The notes: generated by a model not told the origin, from the sequence alone. DNA of 64,000 bases from Rhizobacter sp. (GCA_019635355.1 JAHBZQ010000001.1:4257220-4321219); one strand, 5' to 3'; shown: positions 36,516 to 47,998, counted from the stretch's first letter. Numbers and translations are program-made.

Positions 36516-37757
36516 TCAGATGGCCGCGCTCGGCGGGCAGAGGATGCCCAGGAAGATCGGCCGCACGTAGAGCTCGGCCACGTTGTCCTGCGTGGCGCTC
36601 GGCACCCAGTGCGTGAGGCTGCCGGCCGAGTTGACGAGGCCGCTCGCCACCTGCGCGGCGATCACCGGGTGCAGCGGGCGGATGGAGCCGTCCATCATGC
36701 CGTCGACCACCACGTCGGCCAGGCGCTCGGTGAGGCGGCTCATGGTGCGGCGCACGTCGCTGCGACGCTCGGGGTCGGAGAGGGCGCTGGTCGCGCCCAG
36801 GCGCAGCAGCGGGCCTTCGGGCGACAGCTGGAAGCGTGCGAGCGACCGCGAGATCGCACAGGCGCGGTCCCAGCCCTTGCCTTCGATGCCGTCGGCCAGG
36901 CTCAGCGCGCGGCGGATCACGGCGAAGGTGCGCTGGAAGCAGTCGAAGATCAGGTCTTCCTTGTTGTCGTTGTGGTGGTAGAACGAGCCCTTGGTCACGT
37001 TGAGCTTGGCCGAGATCATGTCGACCGAGGCGCCGCGGTAGCCCTGCTCGTTGACGAGGAAGGAGGCGGCGCGCAGGAAGGCTTCGGCGGTGGCGTCGTC
37101 GTTGACGGTGAGTCGCCATTCGCGCTCGGCCTGCGACGGGGCCCACACCGAGCCGGCCGCGGCGCTGCCGTGGATCACGATGTCGCTCACGCGCGCGGCG
37201 ATGTGGGCGTATTCGTCGGTCTCGTAGCGGTCGATCCAGCCGCGCACCCAGTGCGCCACCGACAACACCATGTAGGTGCGCGCGGCCAGGTCGGCCCGGC
37301 CGAGCTGCGCCGTCTGCGGCGTGCGCAGCAGCTCGCGCAGGCGGCGGAACATGTCGTTGTAGGCGTCGGAGACCACCTCGAAATGCGGGCTCGGCAGCGC
37401 GCGCATGTCGTTGAAGGTCATGAGCGGCGCATGCGCGCCGTGGTCGATGTCGGCGAAGAGGGCGGCTTGCAGGCGGAAGAACTCATGCACCCGCGCCTCG
37501 ATGCCGCTCTTTTGCGATGCCTGGTCGATGACGTGGCGGATGACCTCGATCGCCCGCAGGAAGCAGGCGGTCGCCAGGTCTTCCTTCTTGCGGTAGTAGT
37601 AGGTGACGCTGTTGGTGACCAGCCCCACGCTGGCCGCGATGTCGGCGAGCGTCGCGCCCTTCACGCCGTGCTGGTTGAAGAGGTCGGCAGCGGCACTGAG
37701 GATGGCTTCGCGCTTTTCCTGAAAGCGCTGCGTCTGGGCAGGGAGCGTCGCGGACAT
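36516..37757 (-). CDS. Tandem (double) TetR-family regulator
   Basis: Two TetR HTHs: EAILSAAADLFNQHGVKGATLADIAASVGLVTNSVTYYY and EAFLRAASFLVNEQGYRGASVDMISAKLNVTKGSFYHH; alternative start 37793. Confidence 0.9.
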   Translation of the reverse strand: MSATLPAQTQRFQEKREAILSAAADLFNQHGVKGATLADIAASVGLVTNSVTYYYRKKEDLATACFLRAIEVIRHVIDQASQKSGIEARVHEFFRLQAALFADIDHGAHAPLMTFNDMRALPSPHFEVVSDAYNDMFRRLRELLRTPQTAQLGRADLAARTYMVLSVAHWVRGWIDRYETDEYAHIAARVSDIVIHGSAAAGSVWAPSQAEREWRLTVNDDATAEAFLRAASFLVNEQGYRGASVDMISAKLNVTKGSFYHHNDNKEDLIFDCFQRTFAVIRRALSLADGIEGKGWDRACAISRSLARFQLSPEGPLLRLGATSALSDPERRSDVRRTMSRLTERLADVVVDGMMDGSIRPLHPVIAAQVASGLVNSAGSLTHWVPSATQDNVAELYVRPIFLGILCPPSAAI

Positions 37758-37838
37758 CGGCGGGTGACGGGAGGGGGGCTTGCGTGCAGCCATGAATTAT
37801 CCGCCAGCCCCTTCTCCTGTTCTGCCCTGCGCTACGCG

Positions 37839-38879
37839 TCAGGCAGCAATCTTTCGCGATTCCGGCATCTGCATCACCACGCCGTCGTGCAGGTGGCAGG
37901 CCACCGCGCGGCCATTGCCCTTGTCGAGCAGTGCCGGGTCCTTGGTCTTGCAGACGTCCATCGCCTCGGGGCAACGCGGGTGGAAGCGGCAGCCCGAGGG
38001 CGGACGCAGGGCGCTGGGCACTTCGCCGGTGACGACGATGCGCGGGCGCGTGGCCTCGATCTCGGGGTCGGCCACCGGCACGGCCGACATCAGCGCGCGG
38101 GTGTAGGGGTGCATCGGGCGCTGGTAGAGGTCGTCTTTGGACGCGATCTCGACGATGCGGCCGAGGTACATCACCGCGATGCGGTGGCTGATGTGGCGCA
38201 CCACCGCGAGGTCGTGCGCGACGAAGAGGTACGACAGGCCCAGGCGCTGCTGCAGCTCGACCAGCACGTTGACCACCTGCGCCTGGATCGACACGTCGAG
38301 CGCCGACACCGGCTCGTCGCAGATGATGAGGCTGGGCTCCAGCGCGAGCGCGCGGGCGATCGCGATGCGCTGGCGCTGGCCACCCGAGAACTCGTGCGGG
38401 TAGCGGTCGGCCATGTCGGGCAGGAGCCCCACCGTCTTGAGCAGGTGGGCCACACGGTCGCGGCGCTCGGCCTTGGTGCCGACGTTGTAGACCTCCAGCG
38501 GCTCGCTCACGATGTCGGCCACCGTCATGCGCGGGTTCAGCGAGCCATACGGGTCTTGATAGACCATCTGCATGCGGCGGCGGAAGCGCCCGGTGCGCTT
38601 GTCTTGCGCGGTGATGTCTTCGCCTTCGAAGAACACCTTGCCTTCGGTGATGTCCTGCATGCGCAGGATGGCGAGGCCCGTGGTCGACTTGCCGCAACCC
38701 GATTCGCCGACGAGGCCGAGCGTCTCGCCGCGGTTGAGCGTGAACGAGACGCCGTCGACAGCCTTCACCGCGCCGACCTGCTTGCGCAGCACGGCGCCCG
38801 CGTGCACGGGGAAGTGGACTTTCAGGCCCTCGACGCGCAGCAGCGGGTCGGACTTGGCGGACAGGGAGGTGGTGCTCAT
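37839..38879 (-). CDS. Opp/Dpp-type ABC ATPase (OppF-like)
   Basis: [22 protein letters not shown] and the C-terminal GCRFHPRC Fe-S motif. Confidence 0.96.
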   Translation of the reverse strand: MSTTSLSAKSDPLLRVEGLKVHFPVHAGAVLRKQVGAVKAVDGVSFTLNRGETLGLVGESGCGKSTTGLAILRMQDITEGKVFFEGEDITAQDKRTGRFRRRMQMVYQDPYGSLNPRMTVADIVSEPLEVYNVGTKAERRDRVAHLLKTVGLLPDMADRYPHEFSGGQRQRIAIARALALEPSLIICDEPVSALDVSIQAQVVNVLVELQQRLGLSYLFVAHDLAVVRHISHRIAVMYLGRIVEIASKDDLYQRPMHPYTRALMSAVPVADPEIEATRPRIVVTGEVPSALRPPSGCRFHPRCPEAMDVCKTKDPALLDKGNGRAVACHLHDGVVMQMPESRKIAA

Positions 38880-39886
38880 GGGTTCACGGGTTCCGAACGG
38901 GCGGGGGACACGGCAGCGGCGTCACGGATGCAGGCCATGATGTGGTCGGTGCCGACCGTGCGCAGCTCAGGGCGGACCTGCCGGCATTCATCGGTGGCCA
39001 GCCGGCAACGCGGTGCGAAGGCGCAGCCGGGCGGCAGGCGAGTGAGGTCGGGCGGCGAGCCTTCGATGGGCACGAGGCGCTGAGACGAGTCCCCATCCAG
39101 GCGCGGTACCGAAGCCAGCAGGCCGCGCGTGTAGGGGTGGCTCGGGTTCTTGTAGATGTTGCGGGCCGACGACTGCTCGACGATGCGCCCGCCGTACATC
39201 ACCGCCACACGGTCGGCATAACGCGCAACGACGCCGAGGTCGTGGGTGATGAGGATGAGCGACGCGTTGGTCTCGCGGCACAGCTCCTTCAGCAGGTCGA
39301 GCACCTGGGCCTGCACCGTCACGTCGAGCGCGGTGGTGGGCTCGTCGGCAATGATGAGCCGCGGCTTGCAGGCGAGCGCCATCGCGATCATGGCGCGCTG
39401 GCGCTGGCCGCCCGAGAACTGGTGCGGGTAGGCGCTGCCCTTCGAGGCCGCATCGGGAATGCGCACCTTCGCCAGCAGCTCGCCCGCGGTCTTCAGCGCC
39501 ACCTCCCACACGGTGCCGCGGTGCAGGTTCATCGGCTCGGCGATCTGCTTGCCCACCGTGATGGTCGGGTTGAGCGAGGTCATCGGCTCCTGGAAGATCA
39601 TCGCGATGCGATCACCGCGCACCGCGCGGATCTCCTCATCGCTCATCTTCACCAGGTCCTTGCCTTCGAAGAGGATCTGGCCACTCTCGATGCGCCCCGG
39701 CGGGTTGGGAATGAGCCGCAGGATCGAGAGCGCGGTGACGCTCTTGCCCGAGCCCGACTCGCCCACGATGGCGAGCGTCTCGCCGGGGGCGACGTCGAAG
39801 GAGACGTTGTCGACCGCGGTCACCTCGCCACGGTCCGTGCGGAAGCGCGTGGTGAGGTTGCGGACTTGGAGCAGGGGTTCGGTCAA
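38876..39886 (-). CDS. Opp/Dpp-type ABC ATPase (OppD-like)
   Basis: TTG start; [25 protein letters not shown] and GCAFAPRC. Confidence 0.96.
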   Translation of the reverse strand: MTEPLLQVRNLTTRFRTDRGEVTAVDNVSFDVAPGETLAIVGESGSGKSVTALSILRLIPNPPGRIESGQILFEGKDLVKMSDEEIRAVRGDRIAMIFQEPMTSLNPTITVGKQIAEPMNLHRGTVWEVALKTAGELLAKVRIPDAASKGSAYPHQFSGGQRQRAMIAMALACKPRLIIADEPTTALDVTVQAQVLDLLKELCRETNASLILITHDLGVVARYADRVAVMYGGRIVEQSSARNIYKNPSHPYTRGLLASVPRLDGDSSQRLVPIEGSPPDLTRLPPGCAFAPRCRLATDECRQVRPELRTVGTDHIMACIRDAAAVSPARSEPVNP

Positions 39887-39893
39887 TTCGATC

Positions 39894-41588
39894 TCACTTA
39901 CCCATCTTTTTCTTGAGGTCCTGGTCGATCCAGATGCGTGAATAGATCGGCCAGGGGCGCACCGCGCCTGCGCGCAGCTCGCCGTCGTAGTTCTTCACCC
40001 ACGGCCACCAGGCCACGTGGTTGTAGGGCGTGGGCAGCCACACGTAGGGCGCCTTCTCGAGGATCTCGCGCGTCATCACCTTCAGCGCAATCTGGCGCTT
40101 GCCTTCGTCACGCTCGGCCAGCACCTCGTTCATGCGGCGCTCGAAGGCCGGGTCGTCCCACTGCGAGGGGTTCCAGACCTGGCCCTTGACGAAGTTCTTG
40201 CGGATCGATGTCGTCGGGTTGGTGTGGCCGTTGTCCATCAGGTAGAGCGGCGCGTTGGTGCGCGTCGTCATCGCCGACAGGAAGGCCGGGTACTCCATCG
40301 GCTGGATCTCGAGCTTGACGCCGATCTTGTCGTAGTAGGCGGCCAGCATCTGCACCAGGTCGGCGTGCGTGCCGTTGACCGAGTTGTATTGCACCTTGAA
40401 GGTGAAGCCGTTGGGGTAGCCGGCTTCGGCCAGCAGCTGCTTGGCGCGGGTCGGGTTGTAGGTGAAGAGGTCTTGCACCGCCTTCGGCATGGCCGACAGC
40501 GGCTCGAAGTAGCCCACGTAGTCGGGGTGCATCGGGAAGCCGAACACTTCGGCATGCCCGCTGTAGATCGACTTGATGATGGCCTGGCGGTCGACCGCCA
40601 TGTTCATTGCCTGGCGCACGCGGATGTCGTCGAAGGGCTTGGTGTCGACGCGCATGGCCATGTAGGTGCCGGCCATCGCCAGCGTGCGCGACCACTTGAG
40701 CTGCGGCGCCTGCTTCTTCAGGTCTTCCACTTCGCTCGCGCGGATCACTTCGAGGATGTCGAGCTTGCCGGTGCGCAAGAGCGAGTAGCGCGTGGCCTCG
40801 TCCTTGATGGTGCGGTAGGTCACCTTGTCGACGAAGGGGAGCTTGTACTCCTGGCCGCCGATCTTTTCCTTGTCCCAGTAGTTGGGGTTCTTGACGTAGG
40901 TGTTGGAGTTGCCGGCCTGGAAGTCCTGCAGCAGGAAGGGGCCGGTGCCGTTGACGTTCTTCCAGTTCGACGCGCCGGCCTCGACCACTTCCTTCGGCAC
41001 GATGGCCGAGTAGTAGCCCCAGCCCCAGCGGTAGTCCCACTCGGCGTTGTAGTGCTTGAAGTTGAAGACGACGGTGTGCTTGTCTTTCGCCGTGACCTTG
41101 GCGATGTGGTCGAGGTACTCGGGGATCTTCTTCGGGCTCTTCTGCTGGCGCTCGACCGCGTAGACCACGTCGTCGGCCACGAACTCGCGCGCCTTCATCA
41201 CGCCCGGCTTCTCGGGGTACATCACGCCCTTGCGCAGCTTCACTTCGAGCGTGAGCGGCTCGGTCCACTTCCAGCTCTCGGCCAGCTCGCCGCGGATCGC
41301 ATCGCTCGGCAGCCAGGCGTCGGCCACGAAGCGGTGCTTGCCGCCGTTCTTGACCGACTTCGACAGGTCACCCGCCCACAGCACCTCGTACTGCGCGCCG
41401 GCATCGTGGTTGATCTTCCAGTTGTAGTCGGCCGGGTCCCACGAGAGGGCGGAGATGCCCACGTAGACGGTGCCCAGCCGCAGCTCGCCGCCATATTGCG
41501 GCTTGCCTTGGGCAAGGGCGGCGGCAGGCGCCACGGCGATGGCGGCCGCGAGGGCGCATGCATGCAAGCAACTGCTGAACGTCTTCAT
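39894..41588 (-). CDS. ABC substrate-binding protein, family 5 (copy 2)
   Basis: Signal peptide; [21 protein letters not shown] and [17 protein letters not shown]. Confidence 0.93.
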   Translation of the reverse strand: MKTFSSCLHACALAAAIAVAPAAALAQGKPQYGGELRLGTVYVGISALSWDPADYNWKINHDAGAQYEVLWAGDLSKSVKNGGKHRFVADAWLPSDAIRGELAESWKWTEPLTLEVKLRKGVMYPEKPGVMKAREFVADDVVYAVERQQKSPKKIPEYLDHIAKVTAKDKHTVVFNFKHYNAEWDYRWGWGYYSAIVPKEVVEAGASNWKNVNGTGPFLLQDFQAGNSNTYVKNPNYWDKEKIGGQEYKLPFVDKVTYRTIKDEATRYSLLRTGKLDILEVIRASEVEDLKKQAPQLKWSRTLAMAGTYMAMRVDTKPFDDIRVRQAMNMAVDRQAIIKSIYSGHAEVFGFPMHPDYVGYFEPLSAMPKAVQDLFTYNPTRAKQLLAEAGYPNGFTFKVQYNSVNGTHADLVQMLAAYYDKIGVKLEIQPMEYPAFLSAMTTRTNAPLYLMDNGHTNPTTSIRKNFVKGQVWNPSQWDDPAFERRMNEVLAERDEGKRQIALKVMTREILEKAPYVWLPTPYNHVAWWPWVKNYDGELRAGAVRPWPIYSRIWIDQDLKKKMGK

Positions 41589-41648
41589 GGGCTCGTCTCC
41601 TGTTGAGGTTGATCTGTCGCGATGGGGCCTCTGTCAACTACTTCTGAA

Positions 41649-43352
41649 TCACTTCCCCATCTTCTTCTTGAGTTCCTGGTCGACCCAGATGCGGGCGTGG
41701 ATCGGACCGGGGCGCTCGGCACCGGCGCGCAACTCGCCGCCGTAGTTCTTCACCCAGGGCCACCAGCCGGTGTAGACATAGGGCGAAGGCAGGAAGATCG
41801 CCGGCGCCTGCGCGAGGATGATTCGCGTCATCTGGCGCACCTTGACCTGGCGCACGCGCTCATCAGGCTCGGCGAGCACCTCGGCCATCATCTTCTCGAT
41901 GGTCGGGTCATAGAACTGCGACGGGTTCCACATCTGGCCCTTGACGAAGCTCTTGCGCAGCGCCGTTGTCGGGTTGGTGTGGCCGAGGAACATGAAGTAG
42001 CCCGGGGCGTTCTTCTTGGTCGTCATGGCCGAGAGGTACGCGCCATAGTCGAGCGTCTCGATCTCCATCGTCACGCCCACCTTCTGCAGGTAGGACGCGA
42101 TCATGGCCAGCAGGTCGGCATCGACGCTGCTGCTGGAGGTCTGCACCTTGAAGCTGAAGCCCTTGGGCAGGCCTGCCTCGGCGAGCAGCTGCTTGGCCTT
42201 GGTCGGGTTGTAGGTGTAGAGCTCCTTGATCTCGGGCGGCATGCTCTCGAGCGGCTCGTAGTACCCGGTGTAGTTGACGTGCATCGGGTAGTTGAGCATC
42301 TCGCCGTTGCCGCCGAAGTAGCCCTTGATGATGGCCTGCTTGTCCACCGCCATGTTCAGGGCGCGGCGCACGCGCACGTCGTCCAGCGGCTTGGTGTCCA
42401 TGCGCAGCGCAATGAAGTTGCCGCCGTTGGCCAGGTACTTGTTCCACTTGATCTGCGGGGCCGAGCGCTTCAGCTCTTCGACCGCGCTCCAGCGCACGGC
42501 TTCGAGCACGTCGATCTTGCCGGTGCGCAGCGCCGTCAGGAACGTCGCTTCATCCTTGATGTAGCGGTAGGTGATCTTGTCGACGAAGGGCAGCTTGTAT
42601 TCCTGGCCGCCGATCTTTTCCTTGTCCCAGTAGTTCGGGTTTTTCGTGAAGGTGAGCGACGCGCTCTGCGTGTAGCTGTCGAACATGAACGGCCCGGTGC
42701 CGTTGAGGTTCTTCCAGTCCTTGGCACCGGCGGCCACCACTTCCTTCGGCACGATGGCCGAGTAGTAGCCCCAGCCGAAGCGGTAGTCCCACTCGGCGTT
42801 GTATTCCTTGAAGTGGAAGGTGACGGTGTGCTTGTCGTTCGCCTCGACCTTGGTGAGGTGGTCGAAGTAGCCGGGGATCTTCTTCGGGCTCTTGTTGAGG
42901 CGGTCGTAGCTTGCGACCACGTCTTCGGCGGTCAGCTCGCGTGCTTCCATCACGCCAGGCCTCGCCGGGAACATCACGCCCTTGCGCAGCTTGACCACCA
43001 CGCGCATCGGGTTCTGCTCCATCTTCCAGCTCTCGGCGAGCTCGCCGCGCAGCGCGTCGGGGGGCAGCCAGGCGTCGGCGCTGAAGGTGTACTTGCCGCC
43101 GTTGCGCTTGGACTTCGTGAGGTCGGCGGAGAAGAGCTGCTCATAGACGAGGCCGGTGTCCTGGTTGTGCTTCCACGCCCAGTCGACGTGGTCGGACGAC
43201 AGCGGCGAGACGGTCACGTAGACGTTGCCGATGTTGAGCTGGCCGCCGTATTGCGGCTTTTCGGCCTGGGCGAAGGCCGTCGACGAAATGAGTGAAAGGG
43301 CCGCAGGGAGGGCGATGGCGCGCAGCTGCCGCGCCAAGGTCGTGAGTTGCAT
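41649..43352 (-). CDS. ABC substrate-binding protein, family 5 (copy 1)
   Basis: Start MQLTTLAR; [37 protein letters not shown] and DVRVRRALNMAVDK. Confidence 0.93.
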   Translation of the reverse strand: MQLTTLARQLRAIALPAALSLISSTAFAQAEKPQYGGQLNIGNVYVTVSPLSSDHVDWAWKHNQDTGLVYEQLFSADLTKSKRNGGKYTFSADAWLPPDALRGELAESWKMEQNPMRVVVKLRKGVMFPARPGVMEARELTAEDVVASYDRLNKSPKKIPGYFDHLTKVEANDKHTVTFHFKEYNAEWDYRFGWGYYSAIVPKEVVAAGAKDWKNLNGTGPFMFDSYTQSASLTFTKNPNYWDKEKIGGQEYKLPFVDKITYRYIKDEATFLTALRTGKIDVLEAVRWSAVEELKRSAPQIKWNKYLANGGNFIALRMDTKPLDDVRVRRALNMAVDKQAIIKGYFGGNGEMLNYPMHVNYTGYYEPLESMPPEIKELYTYNPTKAKQLLAEAGLPKGFSFKVQTSSSSVDADLLAMIASYLQKVGVTMEIETLDYGAYLSAMTTKKNAPGYFMFLGHTNPTTALRKSFVKGQMWNPSQFYDPTIEKMMAEVLAEPDERVRQVKVRQMTRIILAQAPAIFLPSPYVYTGWWPWVKNYGGELRAGAERPGPIHARIWVDQELKKKMGK

Positions 43353-43385
43353 GGGGTTCCTGTTGAGAGAAGACAAAGACGGAGA

Positions 43386-44285
43386 TCAGCGCGAGCCACG
43401 CATGCGCGGGTCGAGCAGGTCGCGCAGGGCATCGCCGAACACGTTGGTCGCGTAGACCATCACGGTCAGGCACAGGCCCGGTGCGAGGGCCAGCCACGGG
43501 CCCTGGAACATGTAGGTGCGGCCACTGCCGGAGAGCATGCCGCCCCAGGTGGGTGCCGGCGGCGGCACACCCAGGCCGAGGAAGGCGAGGCCCGATTCGG
43601 CGAGGATCACCGTGCCCACGCGGGTGGTGAAGATCACGATCACCACCGGCATCACGTTGGGCAGGATGTGCTTCCACAGGATGCGCAGCGACGAGGCGCC
43701 GAGCGACTGCGCGGCGTGCACGTACATGTTCTCGCGCACGGCCACCACCGCGCTGCGCACGATGCGCGAGCCGTCGATGCCCAGCAGCACGCCCAGCGTG
43801 ATGATGGTCTGCGGCATGCCGGGGCCGAACACCGAGACGACGACGATCAGGATGATGAGGCCGGGGAAGCTCATCCACGCATCGACGAAGCGCTGCATCA
43901 CCATGTCGAAGCGGCCGCTCCAGTAGCCGCTGGTCACGCCGATGATGATCGAGATGATGGTCGACAGCAGCGCGGCCGAGCAGCCGATGATCACCGACAG
44001 GCGCGCGCCGTAGATGCAGCGCGAGAGCACGTCGCGGCCGAGGTTGTCGGTGCCGAACCAGTGTGCCCACGATGGCGCCTGCAGGCGCTCGATCATGTTG
44101 ATCTCGTTGTAGCCGTAGGGCGCGAAGAACTCGGCGAAGACGCCCACCACCAGCATGAAGAGCAGCACCAGGCCACCGGCCGTGCCGAGCGGCTTCTGCT
44201 TGAAGAGGCGCTTGATCAGGCTGCGCGAAGGCGCGCGCGGCGGGGCCGCCTGCGCCACGGGAGTGGTTTCAATGACAGCAGCCAT
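43386..44285 (-). CDS. Opp/Dpp-type ABC permease (OppC-like)
   Basis: HWFGTDNLGRDVLSR, YVHAAQSLGAS, ESGLAFLGLG and GDALRDLLDPR. Confidence 0.96.
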   Translation of the reverse strand: MAAVIETTPVAQAAPPRAPSRSLIKRLFKQKPLGTAGGLVLLFMLVVGVFAEFFAPYGYNEINMIERLQAPSWAHWFGTDNLGRDVLSRCIYGARLSVIIGCSAALLSTIISIIIGVTSGYWSGRFDMVMQRFVDAWMSFPGLIILIVVVSVFGPGMPQTIITLGVLLGIDGSRIVRSAVVAVRENMYVHAAQSLGASSLRILWKHILPNVMPVVIVIFTTRVGTVILAESGLAFLGLGVPPPAPTWGGMLSGSGRTYMFQGPWLALAPGLCLTVMVYATNVFGDALRDLLDPRMRGSR

Positions 44286-45242
44286 TTAGCGGTACCTCAC
44301 CTTCGGGTCGAGCAGGCCATAGCTCAGGTCCACGACCAGGTTGATGAGCATCACCGCCACGCCGACCACGAGGAAGACGCCGGTGATGATGGGGTAGTCA
44401 CGCTGGTTCACCGCATCGAGCAGCAAGAGGCCCATGCCGGGGATCACGAAGATCTGCTCGATGATCACCGCGCCGCCGATCAGCAGCGGGGCCTGCAGGC
44501 CGATCAGGGTGACGACCGGGATCAGCGCGTTGCGCAGTGCGTGCCGCATCACGACGAGCGGCTCGGAGAGGCCCTTGGCCCAGGCGGTGCGGATGTAGTC
44601 CTGCCGCAGCACCTCGAGCATCATGGTGCGCGTGAGGCGCATGGTGATGGCCGAGAGCGCGGCGCCGAGGATGATCGCCGGGATGATCATCTGCTTGAGG
44701 TTCTGCCACGGGTCGGTGAAGAAGGGCACGTACTCCACCTCGGGTGACCAGCCCCACCAGATCGACGGGAAGACCATCACCATGGTGCCGATCCAGAAGC
44801 TCGGTACCGCCAGCAGCAGGATGGAGAACGAGCGGCCGATGTAGTCGCCCGCGGTGTCTTGGCGAATGGCCGAGTACACGCCGATCGGGATCGCGATCAA
44901 GAGGCCGACGATCAGCGCCAGCAGCCCGAGCTCGAAGGTCACCGGCATGCGCGCCTTGAGGAACTCGGTGACGGGGGAGTTCTGCCACAGCGAGCTGCCG
45001 AGATCGCCGCGGAAGACGATGTTCGACACCCAGGTGACGTACTGCTCCCACATCGGCTTGTCGAGGCCGAGGGCCGCGACGACCTGGTCGCGGCTCTTCT
45101 TGTCGGCCGCCACGTCGTTCTGGCTCAACATCATGTCGATGATGTCGCCGGGGATCAGCCGCACCGTGATGAACACGATGAGGCTCGCGAAGAAGAGGGT
45201 CGGCAGCAGCGACAGCAGGCGCCGGATCACATAGCCGCGCAT
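44286..45242 (-). CDS. Opp/Dpp-type ABC permease (OppB-like)
   Basis: GDLGSS, QDYIRTAWAKGL, HALRNALIP, EQIFVIPGMG and DPKVRY. Confidence 0.96.
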   Translation of the reverse strand: MRGYVIRRLLSLLPTLFFASLIVFITVRLIPGDIIDMMLSQNDVAADKKSRDQVVAALGLDKPMWEQYVTWVSNIVFRGDLGSSLWQNSPVTEFLKARMPVTFELGLLALIVGLLIAIPIGVYSAIRQDTAGDYIGRSFSILLLAVPSFWIGTMVMVFPSIWWGWSPEVEYVPFFTDPWQNLKQMIIPAIILGAALSAITMRLTRTMMLEVLRQDYIRTAWAKGLSEPLVVMRHALRNALIPVVTLIGLQAPLLIGGAVIIEQIFVIPGMGLLLLDAVNQRDYPIITGVFLVVGVAVMLINLVVDLSYGLLDPKVRYR

Positions 45243-45377
45243 CAGCTCTGCCCCTCACTCACGATGGCGTTCTGCCACCATACCCAATCTTCTGCATGTC
45301 GGAATTCAGTTTGCATTCGCCTGCCTTGAGGTTCTTGCAGCTTTTCGCTGCGAAGCGGGGCGAATCATCCACTGAAG

Positions 45378-45460
45378 AAGATTCGAAGTCTCGCAGGGCA
45401 AACACTTAGCTGCCCTCGGTGTACGGGGTAATGCGGATGCATACCCAAGATTCGAAATCC
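45378..45460. promoter_or_regulatory. Two candidate operator sites upstream of the ABC operon
   Basis: AAGATTCGAAGTCT (45378-45391) and AAGATTCGAAATCC (45447-45460), near-palindromes 69 bp apart. Confidence 0.55.
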
Positions 45461-45532
45461 GGGAAAACGCGAAGAGCTGCGATGGAACTCGCGGTGCTTT
45501 GGCGCACTCTGGCGAGTGATTGTTCGGGCGTG

Positions 45533-46522
45533 CTATTCCGCAGGGCGGGCCGATGCGCGCGCGGGCCAGCCGAAGAGCAGCCCGCGCAGTGCGGTGACGA
45601 ACGCGAGCGGCTGGTCGACCATCAGGTGATGGCGTGCCGCGGGGATCTCGATGCGTGGTGTGCCAGCGGGTGACAACCCGGCGATGTAGGCCAGGATGTC
45701 GGCATCGAACAGCATCGATTGCGCGCCCCACACGATCGCCACCGGGCATTGCAGCGCGTGGAAGTCGGGCAGCGGGTTTTCCATGCGCAGGTCGCGCCAC
45801 TGGAAGGGGTCGAAGCGCCAGGTCCAGCCTTCGCCGTCACCCATTTCAAGCGGCGCACGCTTCAGCGACGTGCGTGCGATGTGGTCGGCGATGTAGAGGT
45901 TCTTGCAGACCTGCGGCGGCGCGAAGCGAAAGCGTGCGAGTGCCGAGGGCAGCGTCTCGTAGACCCGGTTGGGTCGCGGCTCCAGCCCGCCCGGCCCCGG
46001 GCCGCGGCGGGCCTTGCGCATCTCGGGCGACATCACCGGGCAGTCGACCAGCACCAGCCCGCCGACCTTCGTGCCGGCGCGCGCGCTGTAGCGCAGCGCA
46101 GGAAAGCCGCCGAACGAATGCGCCACGACGACGGGTTTGGTCTTGCTCTCGAACATGCCCGCGGCCTCGGCCACGGCGGCCACTTCTTCCGACAGCAGTT
46201 CGATCGAGTAGCTGTCGCGCCAATCGGAGCCGCCCATGCCCGACCACGACATCGCGACCACGCGGAAGTCATCGGCGAAGAAGGGTGCGATGAAGCTGTA
46301 CCAGTCGGCGTGCGCGCGGTTGCCGTGCAGCAGCACGAGGCCGGGCTTGCCGAGCTCGCCCCAGGTGAGCGTCTCGATGCGTGCACCCTTCACCTCGACG
46401 AAGCTGCGCGCGGGCTCGCGTTTCAGGGCCTTGTCGAACCAGCTCGGCGCCTCGGGTTTTTCCCCTTTGAACGGAGCCAGCGGTGACTGAATGTTGAGTT
46501 CCTTGGAGCTTTCGGCGGTCAT
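45533..46522 (-). CDS. Alpha/beta hydrolase
   Basis: LLHGNRAH, AHSFGG nucleophile elbow and HHLMVDQP catalytic His region. Confidence 0.9.
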   Translation of the reverse strand: MTAESSKELNIQSPLAPFKGEKPEAPSWFDKALKREPARSFVEVKGARIETLTWGELGKPGLVLLHGNRAHADWYSFIAPFFADDFRVVAMSWSGMGGSDWRDSYSIELLSEEVAAVAEAAGMFESKTKPVVVAHSFGGFPALRYSARAGTKVGGLVLVDCPVMSPEMRKARRGPGPGGLEPRPNRVYETLPSALARFRFAPPQVCKNLYIADHIARTSLKRAPLEMGDGEGWTWRFDPFQWRDLRMENPLPDFHALQCPVAIVWGAQSMLFDADILAYIAGLSPAGTPRIEIPAARHHLMVDQPLAFVTALRGLLFGWPARASARPAE

Positions 46523-46667
46523 CGGGGTTTGTGCGGTCGGTTGCCGGTCTGGAAAGACAGGTATGTGCTGATACAGTGCGGCGCCTGTCGCAGACGAGAC
46601 TTGAAACTGCGGTGTCGTCGTCTATAAACGCGCCCATGGGGCGGCGTTCTCCTTGGCGGTACAGATT

Positions 46668-46682
46668 GGGTTTCGAAAAGTC
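46668..46682. promoter_or_regulatory. Candidate operator in the divergent hydrolase/ACAD promoter
   Basis: GGGTTTCGAAAAGTC; 14/15 identical to 51024-51038. Confidence 0.55.
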
Positions 46683-46753
46683 AGTCTGCCAGAGAATCTC
46701 AACTCGTGCCACGGGGCAGCCCCGAGTTCAAAACACACTTTGGAGAGAAGCGA

Positions 46754-47998
46754 ATGAATTTCTCGATGTCGGAACGCCAGATCTACTGGCGCGATCGCGT
46801 GGTCGACTTCATGAACAAGTACGTGTACCCCGCGGTGCCGACGTACTACGAGCAAATGAAGGGCTTCGGTGCCAACCGCTGGCAGGTCGTGCCGGTGGTC
46901 GAGGAACTCAAGGCCATCGCCAAGAAGGAAGGCCTGTGGAACCTCTTCCTGCCCAAGGATTCGCTGCCCGAAGACAGCCCCTACCGCGGCGCCGGCCTCA
47001 CCAACCTCGAGTACGCGATGTGCGCGGAAGAGATGGGCAAGGTGGGCTTCGCCTCTGAAGTCTTCAACTGCTCGGCGCCCGACACCGGCAACATGGAAGT
47101 GCTGGCGCGCTACGCGAACGATGCGCAGAAGAAGATGTGGATGGAGCCCCTGCTCGACGGCAAGATCCGCTCGGCCTTCCTGATGACCGAGCCGGCGGTG
47201 GCCTCGTCGGATGCGACCAACATCGCACTCGAGATCAAGCGCGACGGTGACCACTACGTGCTCAACGGCCGCAAGTGGTGGTCGTCCGGCGTGGGCGACC
47301 CGCGCTGCAAGATCGCCATCGTGATGGGCAAGAGCAACCCCGACGCGCCCTCGCACGCGCAGCAGTCGCAGATCCTCGTGCCGATGGACACCCCGGGCAT
47401 CACCGTGCTGCGCATGCTGCCGGTGTTCGGCTTCGACGACGCACCGCACGGCCACGCCGAGGTCGTCTTCAAGGACGTGCGCGTGCCGCTGGAAAACCTG
47501 CTGCTCGGCGAAGGCCGTGGCTTCGAGATCGCCCAAGGCCGCTTGGGCCCGGGCCGCATCCACCACTGCATGCGCACCATCGGCAGCGCCGAAGTCGCGC
47601 TCGAGAAGATGATGAAGCGCCTGCAGTCGCGCGTCGCCTTCGGCAAGCGCATCATCGACCAGTCGCTGTGGGAAGAGCGCATCGCCACCGCCCGCATCGA
47701 CATCGAGATGACGCGCCTCTTGTGCCTGAAGGCCGCCGACATGATGGACAAGGTCGGCAACAAGGTCGCCCGCCTCGAGATCGCGATGATCAAGGTCGCC
47801 GCCCCGCGCATGGCGCTCAAGATCATCGACGACGCGATCCAGGCCCACGGCGCCGGTGGCGTGTCGGAAGACTTCGGCCTCGCCAAGCAATACGCCAGCA
47901 TGCGCACCATGCGCCTGGCCGACGGCCCGGACGAAGTGCACAACCGCGCCATCGCCCGCTGGGAGATGGGCAAGTACCGCGCCCCGAAGTCGGCTTGA
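46754..47998 (+). CDS. Acyl-CoA dehydrogenase, ACAD10/11-LvaC-like subfamily
   Basis: [37 protein letters not shown]-like [24 protein letters not shown] and LADGPDEVH (no IYEGT-type Glu). Confidence 0.9.
   Translation: MNFSMSERQIYWRDRVVDFMNKYVYPAVPTYYEQMKGFGANRWQVVPVVEELKAIAKKEGLWNLFLPKDSLPEDSPYRGAGLTNLEYAMCAEEMGKVGFASEVFNCSAPDTGNMEVLARYANDAQKKMWMEPLLDGKIRSAFLMTEPAVASSDATNIALEIKRDGDHYVLNGRKWWSSGVGDPRCKIAIVMGKSNPDAPSHAQQSQILVPMDTPGITVLRMLPVFGFDDAPHGHAEVVFKDVRVPLENLLLGEGRGFEIAQGRLGPGRIHHCMRTIGSAEVALEKMMKRLQSRVAFGKRIIDQSLWEERIATARIDIEMTRLLCLKAADMMDKVGNKVARLEIAMIKVAAPRMALKIIDDAIQAHGAGGVSEDFGLAKQYASMRTMRLADGPDEVHNRAIARWEMGKYRAPKSA

Noticed and set aside
45393-45418. CAGGGCAAAC hairpin resembling the 5' part of the c-di-GMP-I aptamer
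   Set aside because: It is on the wrong strand for the downstream ABC operon and the rest of the aptamer is missing. It is only an AGGGCA/TGCCCT stem.
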